Shown: positions 28,595 through 39,283, counted from the stretch's first letter. The stretch: DNA of 64,000 nt from an uncultured Gammaproteobacteria bacterium (GCA_963823525.1 CAWGLW010000001.1:491252-555251); one strand, 5' to 3'. Translations and numbers: made by a program. Notes: a model not told the origin generated them from the sequence alone.

Positions 28595-29683
28595 TCAGCG
28601 CGCCGGCTCCTCCAGCGGCCCCTCGGCAATCCTGCGGACCTCGCGCTCCGAGCGTTCGAACTGCTCGGCCAGCTGCACATCATTGCGCATCAGGTCGTCG
28701 ATGTCTGCGTCCGCAAAACCGAGCACGCCCATATCGGTATAGGCCTTCTGAACGCGCGGCCCCCAGAGGCCAATGCTCTTGATGATCGGTACGACACGCT
28801 GAAAGAGGCTGTTGCGATAGACCTGCATGATCTCGGACCGTTCCGTCCAGGCTTTGCACTCGGCCACCGGCAATCCCATGGCCTCCCAGACCTCATCGGC
28901 CAGGAACCGGTCACGCAGCAGGTAGCTCCCCTCGACAACGAACTCCTCGCGTTCATCGCGTTCGCTGGCCGTGAGCTCCGGGTAATAATCGCGCAGCGCC
29001 AGGTGCCCGAAGGTCACGTGCCTCGCCTCATCTTCCATGACATAGGCGGTCACCGCCTTGGCCAGCGGGTTTCGCGCGTGATCGCGAATCAGGCTGAAGG
29101 CTGCAAGGGCCACGCCTTCGATCAGGACCTGCATGCCCAGATAAGTGAAATCCCAGCGCGAATCGGTCAGCGTATCTTCCAGCAACGACTTGAGATGGGG
29201 ATTGATCGGGTAGGCCAGCTCGAATTTTTCATGCAGCAGGCGCGAGTACGCTTCAACGTGCCGCGCTTCGTCGACGACCTGGGTTGCCGCATAGAATTTC
29301 GCATCGAGATTCGGCATTTGCTGGACGATCTTTGAAGCGCAGATCAGGGCGCCCTGCTCGCCGTGCAGGAACTGAGAAATCTGCCAGGCCTGCAGGTGCC
29401 GGCGCAGCTCGGCGTGTTCTTTTTCATTCATCCGGTTCCAGATATCCGACCCATGGATTGCAATCATCAGGTCCGGCAGGCCCGATGGATTCTCCGGATC
29501 GAGATCCTGCGACCAGTCGATGCGTTCGGCTGCATTCCATTGCCTGCGCTTGCCCTGGTCATAGAGATTCAGCAATCGCTTGCGCCCGTCCTCGTACTCC
29601 CAGCTGAAAACCGAGTCCAGCGACTGGCTGACAAGCCAGGCGTCTCCATCAGGCGACTGTGTATAGCGATCGAAGCTCGACAT
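28595..29683 (-). CDS. ferritin-like di-iron carboxylate protein (AurF/acyl-desaturase-like oxygenase family)
   Basis: E...EXXH appears twice: HGEQGAL, VDEARHVEAY, LIEGVALAAF, MEDEARHVTFGH. The real start is ATG at 29683 (MSSFDRYTQSPDG), after GGGGGTG. The 542-aa track ORF is an upstream read-through. Confidence 0.7.
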   Translation of the reverse strand: MSSFDRYTQSPDGDAWLVSQSLDSVFSWEYEDGRKRLLNLYDQGKRRQWNAAERIDWSQDLDPENPSGLPDLMIAIHGSDIWNRMNEKEHAELRRHLQAWQISQFLHGEQGALICASKIVQQMPNLDAKFYAATQVVDEARHVEAYSRLLHEKFELAYPINPHLKSLLEDTLTDSRWDFTYLGMQVLIEGVALAAFSLIRDHARNPLAKAVTAYVMEDEARHVTFGHLALRDYYPELTASERDEREEFVVEGSYLLRDRFLADEVWEAMGLPVAECKAWTERSEIMQVYRNSLFQRVVPIIKSIGLWGPRVQKAYTDMGVLGFADADIDDLMRNDVQLAEQFERSEREVRRIAEGPLEEPAR

Positions 29684-29824
29684 GAAAGCACCCCCGTCGA
29701 TTGCGTGCCTATCCTCCTGCAAACAGCATGCCCCGCCGACGGCCCGCCTGTCGAGCCAGATTCCCCGGCGGTTCACTCCGGCCACCGACAAGCGTACATT
29801 GATCCAAACCGCTACCGGAGAGCC

Positions 29825-30604
29825 GTGGTGACCGACGAAATCCTGCTGACTGAAATTCGCGACGGCGTTGCGACGCTGACCATGAATCGGCCAAAGCAGT
29901 TGAATGCATTGACGGTCGAATTGCGCCGGCGCATGGCCGACACGTTCACCGCACTCGGCAGGAACGACGATGTCGCCGCAGTCGTACTGACCGGTGCCGG
30001 CGAGAAAGCGTTCTCGGCCGGCGTGGATCTCAAGGAATTCGAAACCACTCCGCTCAGTACGGCCGAACTCGGACCGGACAGCATGGTCAATCGTGCGTTC
30101 CGGGCGCTGGGCAAGCCAACCATCGCGGCGGTCAACGGATTTGCGATCACCGGGGGTTTCGAGCTGGCGCTGAACTGCGAAATACTGGTGGGTTCGACGA
30201 ACGCGAAGTTCGCCGATACGCACGCCCGCGTCGGCATCGTTCCCGGCTGGGGCATGTCTCAGCTCCTGCCGCGGATGATCGGCCCCGTCAGGGCCCGCTA
30301 CATGAGCTATACGGGCAACTTCGTCGACGCGCAGACTGCGAAGTCATGGGGCTTGTTGCTCGATGTGCTGCCACCCGAGGAACTGCTGCCGTTCTGCCAG
30401 AAAATGGGGACCGAAATCGCCAGCTGCAATCGCGCGACGCTAACGGATATCCGCCACCTGATCGCCCGCGGCCTGAGCGGCACGCTGGCTGAAGGACTGG
30501 CGCTTGAAGGCCGGATGAGCCAGGAGGCAATCCAGCGCATCGACACCTCGAGTTTTGCCGCGACGCGCGAAGCGGTCATGGCCCGGGGCAAGCAGCAGAA
30601 CTAG
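29825..30604 (+). CDS. enoyl-CoA hydratase/isomerase (crotonase) family protein
   Basis: VATLTMNRPKQLNAL, VVLTGAGEKAFSAGVDLKEF, IAAVNGFAITGGFELALNCE. A GTG start at 29825 or 29828 follows GGAGAG. The upstream part of track ORF 29363..30604 is not coding. Confidence 0.85.
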   Translation: MVTDEILLTEIRDGVATLTMNRPKQLNALTVELRRRMADTFTALGRNDDVAAVVLTGAGEKAFSAGVDLKEFETTPLSTAELGPDSMVNRAFRALGKPTIAAVNGFAITGGFELALNCEILVGSTNAKFADTHARVGIVPGWGMSQLLPRMIGPVRARYMSYTGNFVDAQTAKSWGLLLDVLPPEELLPFCQKMGTEIASCNRATLTDIRHLIARGLSGTLAEGLALEGRMSQEAIQRIDTSSFAATREAVMARGKQQN

Positions 30605-30643
30605 TCAGCCAGCCGCCTGTGAAAAGCGGGCGGGCCGGCGAGA

Positions 30644-32546
30644 CTAGCCGTCCCGGGCGTAGCCGAGCTCGCGCAGTGCGACCCTGACTTCATCGAGGAT
30701 CGCCGGATCGTCGATCGTCGGCGGCACCTGGTACGACTCGGCGTCGGCAATCTTGCGCATCGTACCGCGCAGCACTTTGCCCGAACGCGTCTTCGGCAGC
30801 CGCTTGACGACCGTCACGCAGCGGAAGCTGGCAACCGGCCCGACCTGCTCGCGAACCGTGGCAATCAGTTCCTGGCGCAGCTCATCCGGATTTCGATCGG
30901 CACCGGCCTTGAGCACGACGAGCCCAATCGGCAGCTGGGTCTTCAGAGCGTCCTTGACGCCGAAGACGGCACACTCACTGACATCCGGGTGACTGGCCAG
31001 AGCCTCCTCCATGCTGCCCGTGGACAGGTTGTGTCCGGCCACGATGATCACGTCATCAACGCGACCCATGATGAACAGGTAGCCATCCTCGTCGATGAAG
31101 CCCCCGTCGCCTGTCAGGTAGTAACCGGGAAAACGTGACAGGTACGTCTCGCGATATCGCGCATCGTTGCGCCACAGCGTCTGCAGCGTTCCCGGTGGCA
31201 GCGGCAGGCGAATCACCACGGCACCGTCCTGGCCCGGCTTTGCCGGCGCACCGGAATCGTCAAGGATTTCGACGCGGTAGCCCGGCACGGCGCGGGTCGG
31301 CGACCCCGCTTTGAATGGCAGCGCCTCCAGGCCCATGCAATTGGCGGCGACCGGCCAGCCGGTTTCAGTCTGCCACCAGTGGTCGATGACCGGTATGCCA
31401 AGCAGCTCGCGTGCCCAGTGGTAGGTATCGGGGTCGAGCCGCTCACCCGCGAGGAAAAGGTAGCGCAGGCAGGAGACGTCGTGACGACGGAAGTACTCTC
31501 CGTTCGGATCCTCCTTCTTGATCGCCCGGAACGCCGTTGGCGCCGTGAACAGCACACTGACCTTGTGCTTGCTTATCACGCGCCAGAATTCGCCGGGGTC
31601 TGGAGTGCCGACCGGTTTGCCTTCGTGAACCACGGTTGCGCAACCCTGCAGCAGGGGCGCGTAGACGATGTAAGAGTGACCCACTACCCAGCCGAAATCC
31701 GACGCGGCCCAGAAGACCTCGCCAGGCCGGGTCCCGTAAACGGCGCCCATGCTCCACTTCAGCGCAACCGCGTAGCCGCCATGATCGCGGACGACGCCCT
31801 TGGGCATGCCGGTGGTCCCGGAGGTGTAAAGAATATAAAGCGGGTGCGTGGCCTCGACTGGCACGCAGTCGACCGGCGCGGCCGAAGCCATCGCTTCGCT
31901 CCAGTCGAGGTCACGACCGGGCAGCAGTTCGCAAGCCTGCGCTTCGCGCTGCAAAATCACGCAGTGCGTCGGCTTGTTACGTGCAATGGTGATCGCCTCA
32001 TCGAGCAGCGGCTTGTAAGGCACGACTCGCTTGACCTCGATTCCGCAGGATGCCGATACAACAACCTTCGGATCCGCGTCATCGATCCGCACAGCCAGCT
32101 CGCGGCTGGCGAAACCGCCGAACACCACTGAATGGACCGCACCGATACGCGCGCAGGCCAGCATGGCAATCAGCGTTTCGGGAACCATTGGCATGTAGAT
32201 GACAACCCGGTCCCCCTTACCCACGCCCAGGCCCCTGAGCACACCGGCGAAACGCGCGATCTCATCGCGTAGCTCACTGAACGTGTAGGTCCGCTCGCTG
32301 CCGGTAACCGGGCTTTCGTAAATCAGTGCGGCCTGGTCACCGCGCCCGTTGTCAGCGTGAAAGTCGACCGCGTTGTAACAGATGTTCAGTTCGCCGCCGG
32401 TGAACCATCGGTAAAACGGTGCGTTGGAATCGTCCAGTACGCGATCGAAAGGCTTATCCCAGTGGATCGCCTCAGCCACCGCACCCCAGAACCCTTCGGG
32501 ATCACTGCTGGCTTCGTCAAAGGCTTTCTGATATTCGCCGCTCACT
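30644..32546 (-). CDS. propionate--CoA ligase / acetyl-CoA-synthetase-like (AMP-forming)
   Basis: Acs/PrpE-type N-terminus (YQKAFDEASSDPEGFWGAVAEAIHWDKPF). AMP-binding motifs are present: YTSGTTGMPKGV, YLTGD, PKTRSGK. I prefer GTG at 32546, which follows a strong AGGAGGGGG. ATG at 32581 is the alternative. Confidence 0.85.
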
Positions 32547-32742
32547 GCGCCCCCTCCTGTTCTGCTCTTGCCGCCGATCATGGTGTCGGCCTTTGGCGCA
32601 GCATCCTCCGATGCGCGCTGGCCCGCAATTCTGCGAAGGTCGCAGGCCATGCCCGGTTGCTGCACCGCGTCATAACGGCCGCCCCGCGCGGCGGCGTTGC
32701 GCAATGACCCTCCCCAACATGCGTCCCCGGCGCGTCGCGCGA

Positions 32743-32748
32743 TAGAAT
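32743..32748 (+). promoter_or_regulatory. candidate -10 hexamer TAGAAT upstream of RND pair 2
   Basis: TAGAAT read at 32743-32748 in the 400-bp non-coding gap. There is no convincing -35 element. Confidence 0.25.
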
Positions 32749-32944
32749 GGCGGCTTGCCTCGATCGGGCCGTCGGCTGGCTCATCACCATCGATGGTCCG
32801 GCCTGTTCGGCGTTTTGAGCCAATGTGGGCCGGATCGTTGGATCACCCGGTGGTGCGCGGCCTGGCGTTCGGCTCGAGCTTGAAACCGCATGGCAGCCAC
32901 AATCGAAAAGGCACCGGTAGCCGCACCCCTTACGCCCCAGATCA

Positions 32945-34204
32945 ATGACCGTGAAGAAAAAGATACTCAAATGGATTGCGCCGCTGGCGGTGCTGGGCGT
33001 GGCGCTGCTGGCCGGCCGCCTGATCATTGCCAACAAGCCCGTGGCCGAGACGATGACGCCGCCCGAAAGGCCACCGGCCGTCGAGGCAACCCGGGTCAAC
33101 CCGGTTGAATACCAGGTCGTGGTTCGCTCTGAAGGCACGGTGCAGCCCAGAACATCGAGCACATTGATTCCACAGGTGTCCGGGCAGATAAAAAGCATTT
33201 CTCCCTCGTTCCGGGAAGGGGGCTTTTTCGAAACAGGCCAGGTGCTGGTCACGCTGGACGCCCGGGACTACGAGCTCGCGATGGCGAGTTCGGAAGCCCA
33301 GGTCGCGCAGGCCGAATCGGCCCTGCAGCAGGAACTTGCGCAGGCAGAAGTGGTTAAGAACGACTGGAAACTGCTTGGCAAGGAAGCGCCAAAGCTCGGC
33401 CTGCGCCAGCCCCAGATCGCCGCGGCGCGCGCGGCACTGGCTTCGGCCAGGGCACAACTCGAGCGCGCCCGAACCGACCTGGCCCGGACCAAAATCCGCG
33501 CGCCCTACCCCGGACAGATGCTCGAGAAGAATGTCGACGTCGGTCAGTACGTCACGCCGGGCACCGTGATCGCGCGCATTTATGCCACCGACTACGTGGA
33601 AATCCGCCTGCCGCTCTCACAGTCCCAGCTGGAGTTTGTCGACCTGCCGGACCGGTTCCGCGGAGACGAGTCAGGCGACGGCGTCGAGGGGCCGTGGCCA
33701 TCGGTCGCGATACTGGCTGACATCGGCCGCCGGACCTGGCGCTGGGACGGTACCCTCGTCAGGGCCGAAGGCGCCATCGACGCGCGCAGTCGTCAGTTGT
33801 CCGTCGTCGCGCAGGTCAACGACCCCTACGGGCGCAAGTCGGACGGTCGCCCACCGCTGCGGATCGGACAGTTTGTCAGCGCTGAAATAGCCGGCAGTCG
33901 CATCGAGAATGCCTTCGTGCTGCCGCGCTCAGCGATGCGGGAAGGCAACGAGGTGCTCATCGTCGATGCGGACAGCCGCCTGCAGCGCCGCACCGTCGAA
34001 GTCGCCTGGACGGATGATGACAAGACGGTGATCGTCGGGGGTCTGCAGGCAGGGGAAATCGTGAGCGTCACCCCACTGGCGGCCGCGGCCGGTGGCGCGC
34101 GGGTCGATGCCATAGTCGATGGCGTCGCTCCAAAGCCCCCGGCGGACGCAGAACGGGCGAACGCGACCACTGAAGCAGGGCGCCAGGGCGCGGATTCACA
34201 ATGA
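32945..34204 (+). CDS. RND efflux periplasmic adaptor (MFP/HlyD family)
   Basis: N-terminal anchor, a coiled coil (AQAESALQQELAQAEVVKNDW..AALASARAQLERARTDLARTKIRAPYPG) and a beta-barrel. It overlaps the downstream RND start by 4 nt. Confidence 0.88.
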   Translation: MTVKKKILKWIAPLAVLGVALLAGRLIIANKPVAETMTPPERPPAVEATRVNPVEYQVVVRSEGTVQPRTSSTLIPQVSGQIKSISPSFREGGFFETGQVLVTLDARDYELAMASSEAQVAQAESALQQELAQAEVVKNDWKLLGKEAPKLGLRQPQIAAARAALASARAQLERARTDLARTKIRAPYPGQMLEKNVDVGQYVTPGTVIARIYATDYVEIRLPLSQSQLEFVDLPDRFRGDESGDGVEGPWPSVAILADIGRRTWRWDGTLVRAEGAIDARSRQLSVVAQVNDPYGRKSDGRPPLRIGQFVSAEIAGSRIENAFVLPRSAMREGNEVLIVDADSRLQRRTVEVAWTDDDKTVIVGGLQAGEIVSVTPLAAAAGGARVDAIVDGVAPKPPADAERANATTEAGRQGADSQ

Positions 34205-37200
34205 AAGGCATGATCGCGTGGTTCGCGAAGAATGATGTCGCCGCGAACCTGCTGATGCTGACCATCGTGGGCCTGGGTCTCTGGGCGCTGTCCTCGCGGA
34301 TCCCGCTGGAGGTCTTTCCAGCGTTCGAACTCGAGATGGTCAGTGTTCGGGTGCCATTCCCCGGAGCCACGCCGATCGAGGTCGAGGAAGGCATCACGGT
34401 CAAGATCGAGGAAGAAATACAGGACCTTCCGGGCATCAAGACCCTGCGATCGACAGCCGCCGAAAATCTCGGCTCAGTCACGATAGAGGTGGAGTCCGGC
34501 TACGACCCGCGCGACCTCATGAACGACATCAAAGCGCGCGTCGACTCGATCAGTACGTTCCCGGTGGACGCGGAAAAACCGGTCGTCTATGTGCCGGAAA
34601 TTCGACGTGACGTGATCACTGTCGCCGTATCCGGCGACATGACGGAAGCTGAATTGCGCAGGATCGCGGAACGCGTTCGTGACGAGATCGTCGACCTGCC
34701 CGAAATCACCCAGGTCGAACTCGACGGAGTCCGTCCCTATGAGGTGTCGATCGAAGTGTCCGAGCAGACCCTGCGACAGTACGGGCTGACACTCGCTGAC
34801 GTCGCATCGGCCGTACGACGTACCTCGCTGGACCTCGCCGCCGGCACGGTCAAGACCAGCGGCGGCGAAGTCCTGATTCGAACCGAGGGACTCGCAAGGG
34901 CCGGCCGCGAGTTCGAAGATATCGTGGTGCGCAGCGACGACGGCGCCCGCCTGACGATCAGTGACATTGGCGTCGTACGTGACGAGTTCAAGCAGGATGA
35001 CGTCCTGTTTCGATTCAACGGTCAGCCCGCAGCCTTTGTCGACGTCTATCGCGTGGGCGACCAGAGCGCCCTCGAAGTCGCGGGCACCGTAAAGGAGTAC
35101 CTTGCAAGTCCACCCGCCTGGCTGCCTCCCGGCGTCACACTCGACTACTGGCGGGACCGTTCGCGGGTCGTCGAGGCAAGGCTCAGCACACTCGTAAAGA
35201 GCGCTTTCCAGGGCGGGCTGCTGATCCTGCTGCTGCTCACGCTGTTTCTGCGCCCATCGGTTGCGCTGTGGGTCCTCGTGGGATTGCCAGTGGCCGTGAT
35301 GGGCGGAATCTCCCTGATGCCGGAACTCGGCGTCACGATCAATCTGATCAGCCTGTTCGCCTTCATCCTCGTGCTGGGCATCGTCGTCGATGATGCGATC
35401 GTCACGGGAGAAAATATCTACAAGCACCTCGAGACGGGGCAGGACCCTCTGCAGGCGGTCACCATCGGCACGCAGGAGATCGCCGTACCGGTCACCTTTG
35501 GCGTGCTCACGACCGTCGTCGCATTCACACCACTGTTGATGGTGGAAGGCGTCCGCGGCCAGATCTTTGCGCAAATTTCCTTGATCGTCATCCCGGTGCT
35601 CCTTTTCTCACTGGTCGAGTCCAAATTCATCCTCCCGGCGCACTTGAAGCACGTTCGCGTTCGCGCCAGCGAAAAGGACAGCGCTTTCACGAAACTCCAG
35701 CGCCGCGTCTCGGAGGGGCTCGAGCGAGGCACGCAGGCGATCTATCGGCCGCTGCTGCGCACGGCGTTGCGCGCGCCCTACCTGACCCTCGCCGTGTTTG
35801 TCGCAATCGCAATTCTTCTATACAGCATTGCGATCGGCGGACATCTGCGGTTCATCTTCTTCCCGCGCGTGCAATCGGAAATGGCGCAGGCGGAAATTAC
35901 GATGCCACCGGGCACGCCGTTCGAAGCCACCGCTGAGGTCGTTGCACGGATCAACACCGAGGCCGAGGTCCTGCGCGCGAAATACACTGACCCGGAAACC
36001 GGGGAGAGCGTCATCCGGCACGTCCTCGCCAGCGCCGGCTCACCAGGCGGCGGGCAGGCCATTCGTTCCGATGCCGGTCGAGTGGTCTTCGAAATCGTCG
36101 CACCCGAGGAACGATCGATCGACATTACGAGTTCCGAACTCGTCAGTGAGTGGCGAAGAAACATCGGCGTCCTTCCCGGCGTGAAGGACATCAGCTACCG
36201 GGCCGAGATTGGCCGAGGCGGGGACCCGATCGATGTGCAGCTCAGCGGCCCCCATTTCGATGAGCTGCGCACTTTGTCGCAACAGGTGCGAGAGCGGCTC
36301 GCCACCTATCCAGGTGTCTTCGATATCACGGACAGCTTTGAAGCGGGCAAAGAGGAGATAAAGCTGCGGATACAACCGCAGGCGGAGCTGCTTGGCATTA
36401 CGCTCGATGACCTTGCTCGACAGGTGCGCCATGCGTTCTATGGCTTTGAGGTGCAGCGCATTCAGCGCGGGCGGGACGAGGTGCGGGTCTTCGTCCGTTA
36501 TCCCGAGAGCGAGCGAAATTCGCTGGAAAATCTCAACAAGATGCGCATTCGCACGCCAACCGGTGAGCAGGTTCCTTTCTCCGAAGTCGCCATCGCCGAA
36601 TACGGGCGCGGTTTTGCGGAAATTCGCCGGGTCGATCGCAACCGGACCATCAACGTTACGGCTGACGTGAACAAGGAAACCACGGACGTCGAAGCAATCA
36701 AGCGCGATATCACGGCGTTCCTCGACCAGCAGGTTGTTACGTACCCTGGCGTGGCCTTTACGATGGAAGGCGAGGCACGCGAGCAGCGTGAATCATTCGG
36801 CAGCCTCAAGATCGGCATACTCTTTGTGCTGTTTGCCATTTACGCGCTGCTTGCCATCCCGTTCCGCTCATACCTGCAACCACTGATTGTGATGAGCGTC
36901 ATTCCATTCGGCATCGCCGGGGCAATGCTCGGCCACCTCATCATGGGTATGTCGCTCAGCATCATGAGCATCATGGGCATGCTCGCCTTGTCGGGCGTGG
37001 TGGTGAACGACAGCCTCGTGCTCGTTGACTTCGTCAACAAGCATCGCAAGGAAGCGCCAACGATCAAGGAAGCCGTCAGGCGCGCCGGCATTGCACGCCT
37101 GCGGCCGGTGCTGCTGACCTCGCTGACAACGTTTGCCGGTCTGACCCCATTGCTGCTGGAGAAATCCACGCAGGCACAGTTCCTGATTCCCATGGCGGTG

Positions 37201-37344
37201 TCACTGGGTTTCGGCATCCTGTTCGCAACCGTGATCACGCTGCTTCTGGTGCCGATCAACTACCTGATTCTTGAAGACTTCCAGCGCCTGATCGGCCGCC
37301 GCAAGCCGGCCGAACCGGCCGGGCTCACGCAAGCCGGCGCCTGA
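34201..37344 (+). CDS. RND family efflux permease (AcrB superfamily)
   Basis: 1047 aa. MIAWFAKNDVAANLLMLTIVGLG..., LFAFILVLGIVVDDAIV, GMLALSGVVVNDSLVLVD. The topology is typical of RND permeases. Confidence 0.92.
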   Translation: MKGMIAWFAKNDVAANLLMLTIVGLGLWALSSRIPLEVFPAFELEMVSVRVPFPGATPIEVEEGITVKIEEEIQDLPGIKTLRSTAAENLGSVTIEVESGYDPRDLMNDIKARVDSISTFPVDAEKPVVYVPEIRRDVITVAVSGDMTEAELRRIAERVRDEIVDLPEITQVELDGVRPYEVSIEVSEQTLRQYGLTLADVASAVRRTSLDLAAGTVKTSGGEVLIRTEGLARAGREFEDIVVRSDDGARLTISDIGVVRDEFKQDDVLFRFNGQPAAFVDVYRVGDQSALEVAGTVKEYLASPPAWLPPGVTLDYWRDRSRVVEARLSTLVKSAFQGGLLILLLLTLFLRPSVALWVLVGLPVAVMGGISLMPELGVTINLISLFAFILVLGIVVDDAIVTGENIYKHLETGQDPLQAVTIGTQEIAVPVTFGVLTTVVAFTPLLMVEGVRGQIFAQISLIVIPVLLFSLVESKFILPAHLKHVRVRASEKDSAFTKLQRRVSEGLERGTQAIYRPLLRTALRAPYLTLAVFVAIAILLYSIAIGGHLRFIFFPRVQSEMAQAEITMPPGTPFEATAEVVARINTEAEVLRAKYTDPETGESVIRHVLASAGSPGGGQAIRSDAGRVVFEIVAPEERSIDITSSELVSEWRRNIGVLPGVKDISYRAEIGRGGDPIDVQLSGPHFDELRTLSQQVRERLATYPGVFDITDSFEAGKEEIKLRIQPQAELLGITLDDLARQVRHAFYGFEVQRIQRGRDEVRVFVRYPESERNSLENLNKMRIRTPTGEQVPFSEVAIAEYGRGFAEIRRVDRNRTINVTADVNKETTDVEAIKRDITAFLDQQVVTYPGVAFTMEGEAREQRESFGSLKIGILFVLFAIYALLAIPFRSYLQPLIVMSVIPFGIAGAMLGHLIMGMSLSIMSIMGMLALSGVVVNDSLVLVDFVNKHRKEAPTIKEAVRRAGIARLRPVLLTSLTTFAGLTPLLLEKSTQAQFLIPMAVSLGFGILFATVITLLLVPINYLILEDFQRLIGRRKPAEPAGLTQAGA

Positions 37345-37393
37345 ACCGGCGGGCGCTGGCGCCAGCGGCGATCACACTGGCAAGAGGCGGTGC

Positions 37394-39283
37394 CTATTCG
37401 ACTTCGCAGGCCACGGCGAATTGGCCGAGAACTTCCAACGCAGCATCACGCCGCCCCGGCTCCGCAAGTCTGACGTTTGCTGCCGTGCCGTAGCGTTTGT
37501 CCGTTCGAGCCGTCACCTTCGCAGCAATGGATTGATCCCTCAACGCTTCCGTCAGCACGTGTTCGATCGCCTGCATTCGCAGCGCAGGCTTGAAGGTCTT
37601 GCCCACGGCCGTCAAGGGCAACGCGTTGATCACGACGATCCGGACGGGCACAGCGGCACGCTCGGCAAGATGCTCGCGACAGTACGCAATCAACTCCTTC
37701 GGGTCCGGCATCGTGCCGGGTCGCGGTTCAACGTAAGCCATCGGCAGCTCGCCTGCATAGGCGTCGGGTTGACCGACCGCCGCAGCCAGGGCCACGTCCG
37801 GGTGTGTCACCAGCGTGTCCTCGATGATCTGCGGGTCGATGTTGTGACCGCCGCGAATGATCAGGTCCTTGGCCCGCCCTGTCAGCCAGACGTAGCCATC
37901 TGCATCGATACGACACAGGTCGCCCGTGTTGAACCAGCCGGGCTCGGGCCAGGCCTTGCGGTTATCCTCCTCTCGCAGATAGCCCGGGAACACGGCCGGG
38001 CCGGCCACCAGCAGGTTGCCGATTTCGTCCTGCCCGCATTCGCGAACCAGCGCCCCGTTTTCATCGATCACTGCGGCCCTGACTTTCTGGTAGGGCAACC
38101 GCAAACCGATCGAACCGGCGCGTCGGTCGCCGGCGGGCGGATTGAGGCAGGTCGCGCAGGTCACTTCGGTCAGCCCGTAGCCTTCGAGTATCCGAAGTCC
38201 CGTCAGCGCTTCGAACCGCCGGATCACCTCGGGTGGCATTGGCGCCGCGCCGCAGGCCGCAAAACGCAGCGAACTGACGTCGGCGTCGCCAATCGGGACT
38301 TCAAGCAACGCCGAATAAATCGTTGGGACGCCGCTGAAGAAATTGACGCGATAGCGCTCGATGAGCTTCCAGAAGCCGGCGATCAGCCCGGGTGTGCGGT
38401 AGCCCTGGATGCCAGCGAGCAATACCGTGGCGCCGACCGCGAACGTGCCCAGTCCCGTGACGAACGCCGCGTTGACATGGAACAGCGGCAGCCCGCAGAG
38501 AAACACCTGACCGGGCCCGAGATCGAGGAACTTGCCGAGCTGCCAGGAAAGGAACACTTCATTGGCGTGCGTGTGCCGGGCAATCTTGGGCGTCCCGGTC
38601 GTCCCGCCGGTATGGAAATAGCTGGCAATGTCGGTTGGTCTTATGTCACGTCCGCTGACGAGGTGATCACCGGGCTCACGGTCGACTTCGGCATCGAAAT
38701 CCAGCACCTGACGACCGGCCAGTGTCTGCGGCGCCGGTTCGGGCGCCCGATACGAGGGATCCAGGTACTGCGCCAGGCTGACCTGCAGCACGGTCTCGAG
38801 CGTCGGCACCTGCTCGATCACCGCTGCCATCTTCTCCCAGACTTCACCGCCCGGTCCCGGCGCCACGGTGATCAGCACTTTCGCCCGGGCCGCTCGCAGC
38901 ACCTCGATGATGTGCGCGGCCTCCAGCATCGGGTTGACAGGGCAAACGATTCCCGCCGCCTCCCCGCCCCACAGCGCGAAATGCGTCTGCGGCAGGTTGG
39001 GCAGCACAACCGCAGCCACGTCGCCCGGACCCACACCGAGTCGGTACAGCAGGTTGGCCGTCTGGGTTACGCGCCGGAACAGATCAGCGTGTGAATAGAC
39101 GAACGGCTTTTCTTTTGCGGTGCCGGTCGGCAGGAAAACCAGTGCGTCACGTCCGGCGAATTCAGCCGCAGCCTCACCGAGCATCTGGTAGGTGCTGCGT
39201 GCCTCGTACTGTGACTCGAGCGGCGTCGATTCCTGCTGCTCCACATCGGCGAGCGTTGCGATGAGTTTTGCGGTTTCGGTCAT
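37394..39283 (-). CDS. acyl-CoA synthetase (AMP-forming, about 630-aa FadD-like class)
   Basis: FHTGGTTGTPKIA, GYGLTE, NTGDL, and LPLTAVGKTFK at the C-terminus. ATG at 39283 follows AGGAGA. Confidence 0.85.
   Translation of the reverse strand: MTETAKLIATLADVEQQESTPLESQYEARSTYQMLGEAAAEFAGRDALVFLPTGTAKEKPFVYSHADLFRRVTQTANLLYRLGVGPGDVAAVVLPNLPQTHFALWGGEAAGIVCPVNPMLEAAHIIEVLRAARAKVLITVAPGPGGEVWEKMAAVIEQVPTLETVLQVSLAQYLDPSYRAPEPAPQTLAGRQVLDFDAEVDREPGDHLVSGRDIRPTDIASYFHTGGTTGTPKIARHTHANEVFLSWQLGKFLDLGPGQVFLCGLPLFHVNAAFVTGLGTFAVGATVLLAGIQGYRTPGLIAGFWKLIERYRVNFFSGVPTIYSALLEVPIGDADVSSLRFAACGAAPMPPEVIRRFEALTGLRILEGYGLTEVTCATCLNPPAGDRRAGSIGLRLPYQKVRAAVIDENGALVRECGQDEIGNLLVAGPAVFPGYLREEDNRKAWPEPGWFNTGDLCRIDADGYVWLTGRAKDLIIRGGHNIDPQIIEDTLVTHPDVALAAAVGQPDAYAGELPMAYVEPRPGTMPDPKELIAYCREHLAERAAVPVRIVVINALPLTAVGKTFKPALRMQAIEHVLTEALRDQSIAAKVTARTDKRYGTAANVRLAEPGRRDAALEVLGQFAVACEVE

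Noticed and set aside
28595-30223. The 542-aa version of the di-iron protein ORF, and similar N-terminally extended track ORFs. Examples: 2612..3571, 5501..5929, 22189..23919, 44574..45437, 47907..49100, 13682..14296.
   Set aside because: The upstream parts overlap neighbouring genes or intergenic DNA and lack protein-like sequence. Internal starts with Shine-Dalgarno sequences give proteins of family-typical length.
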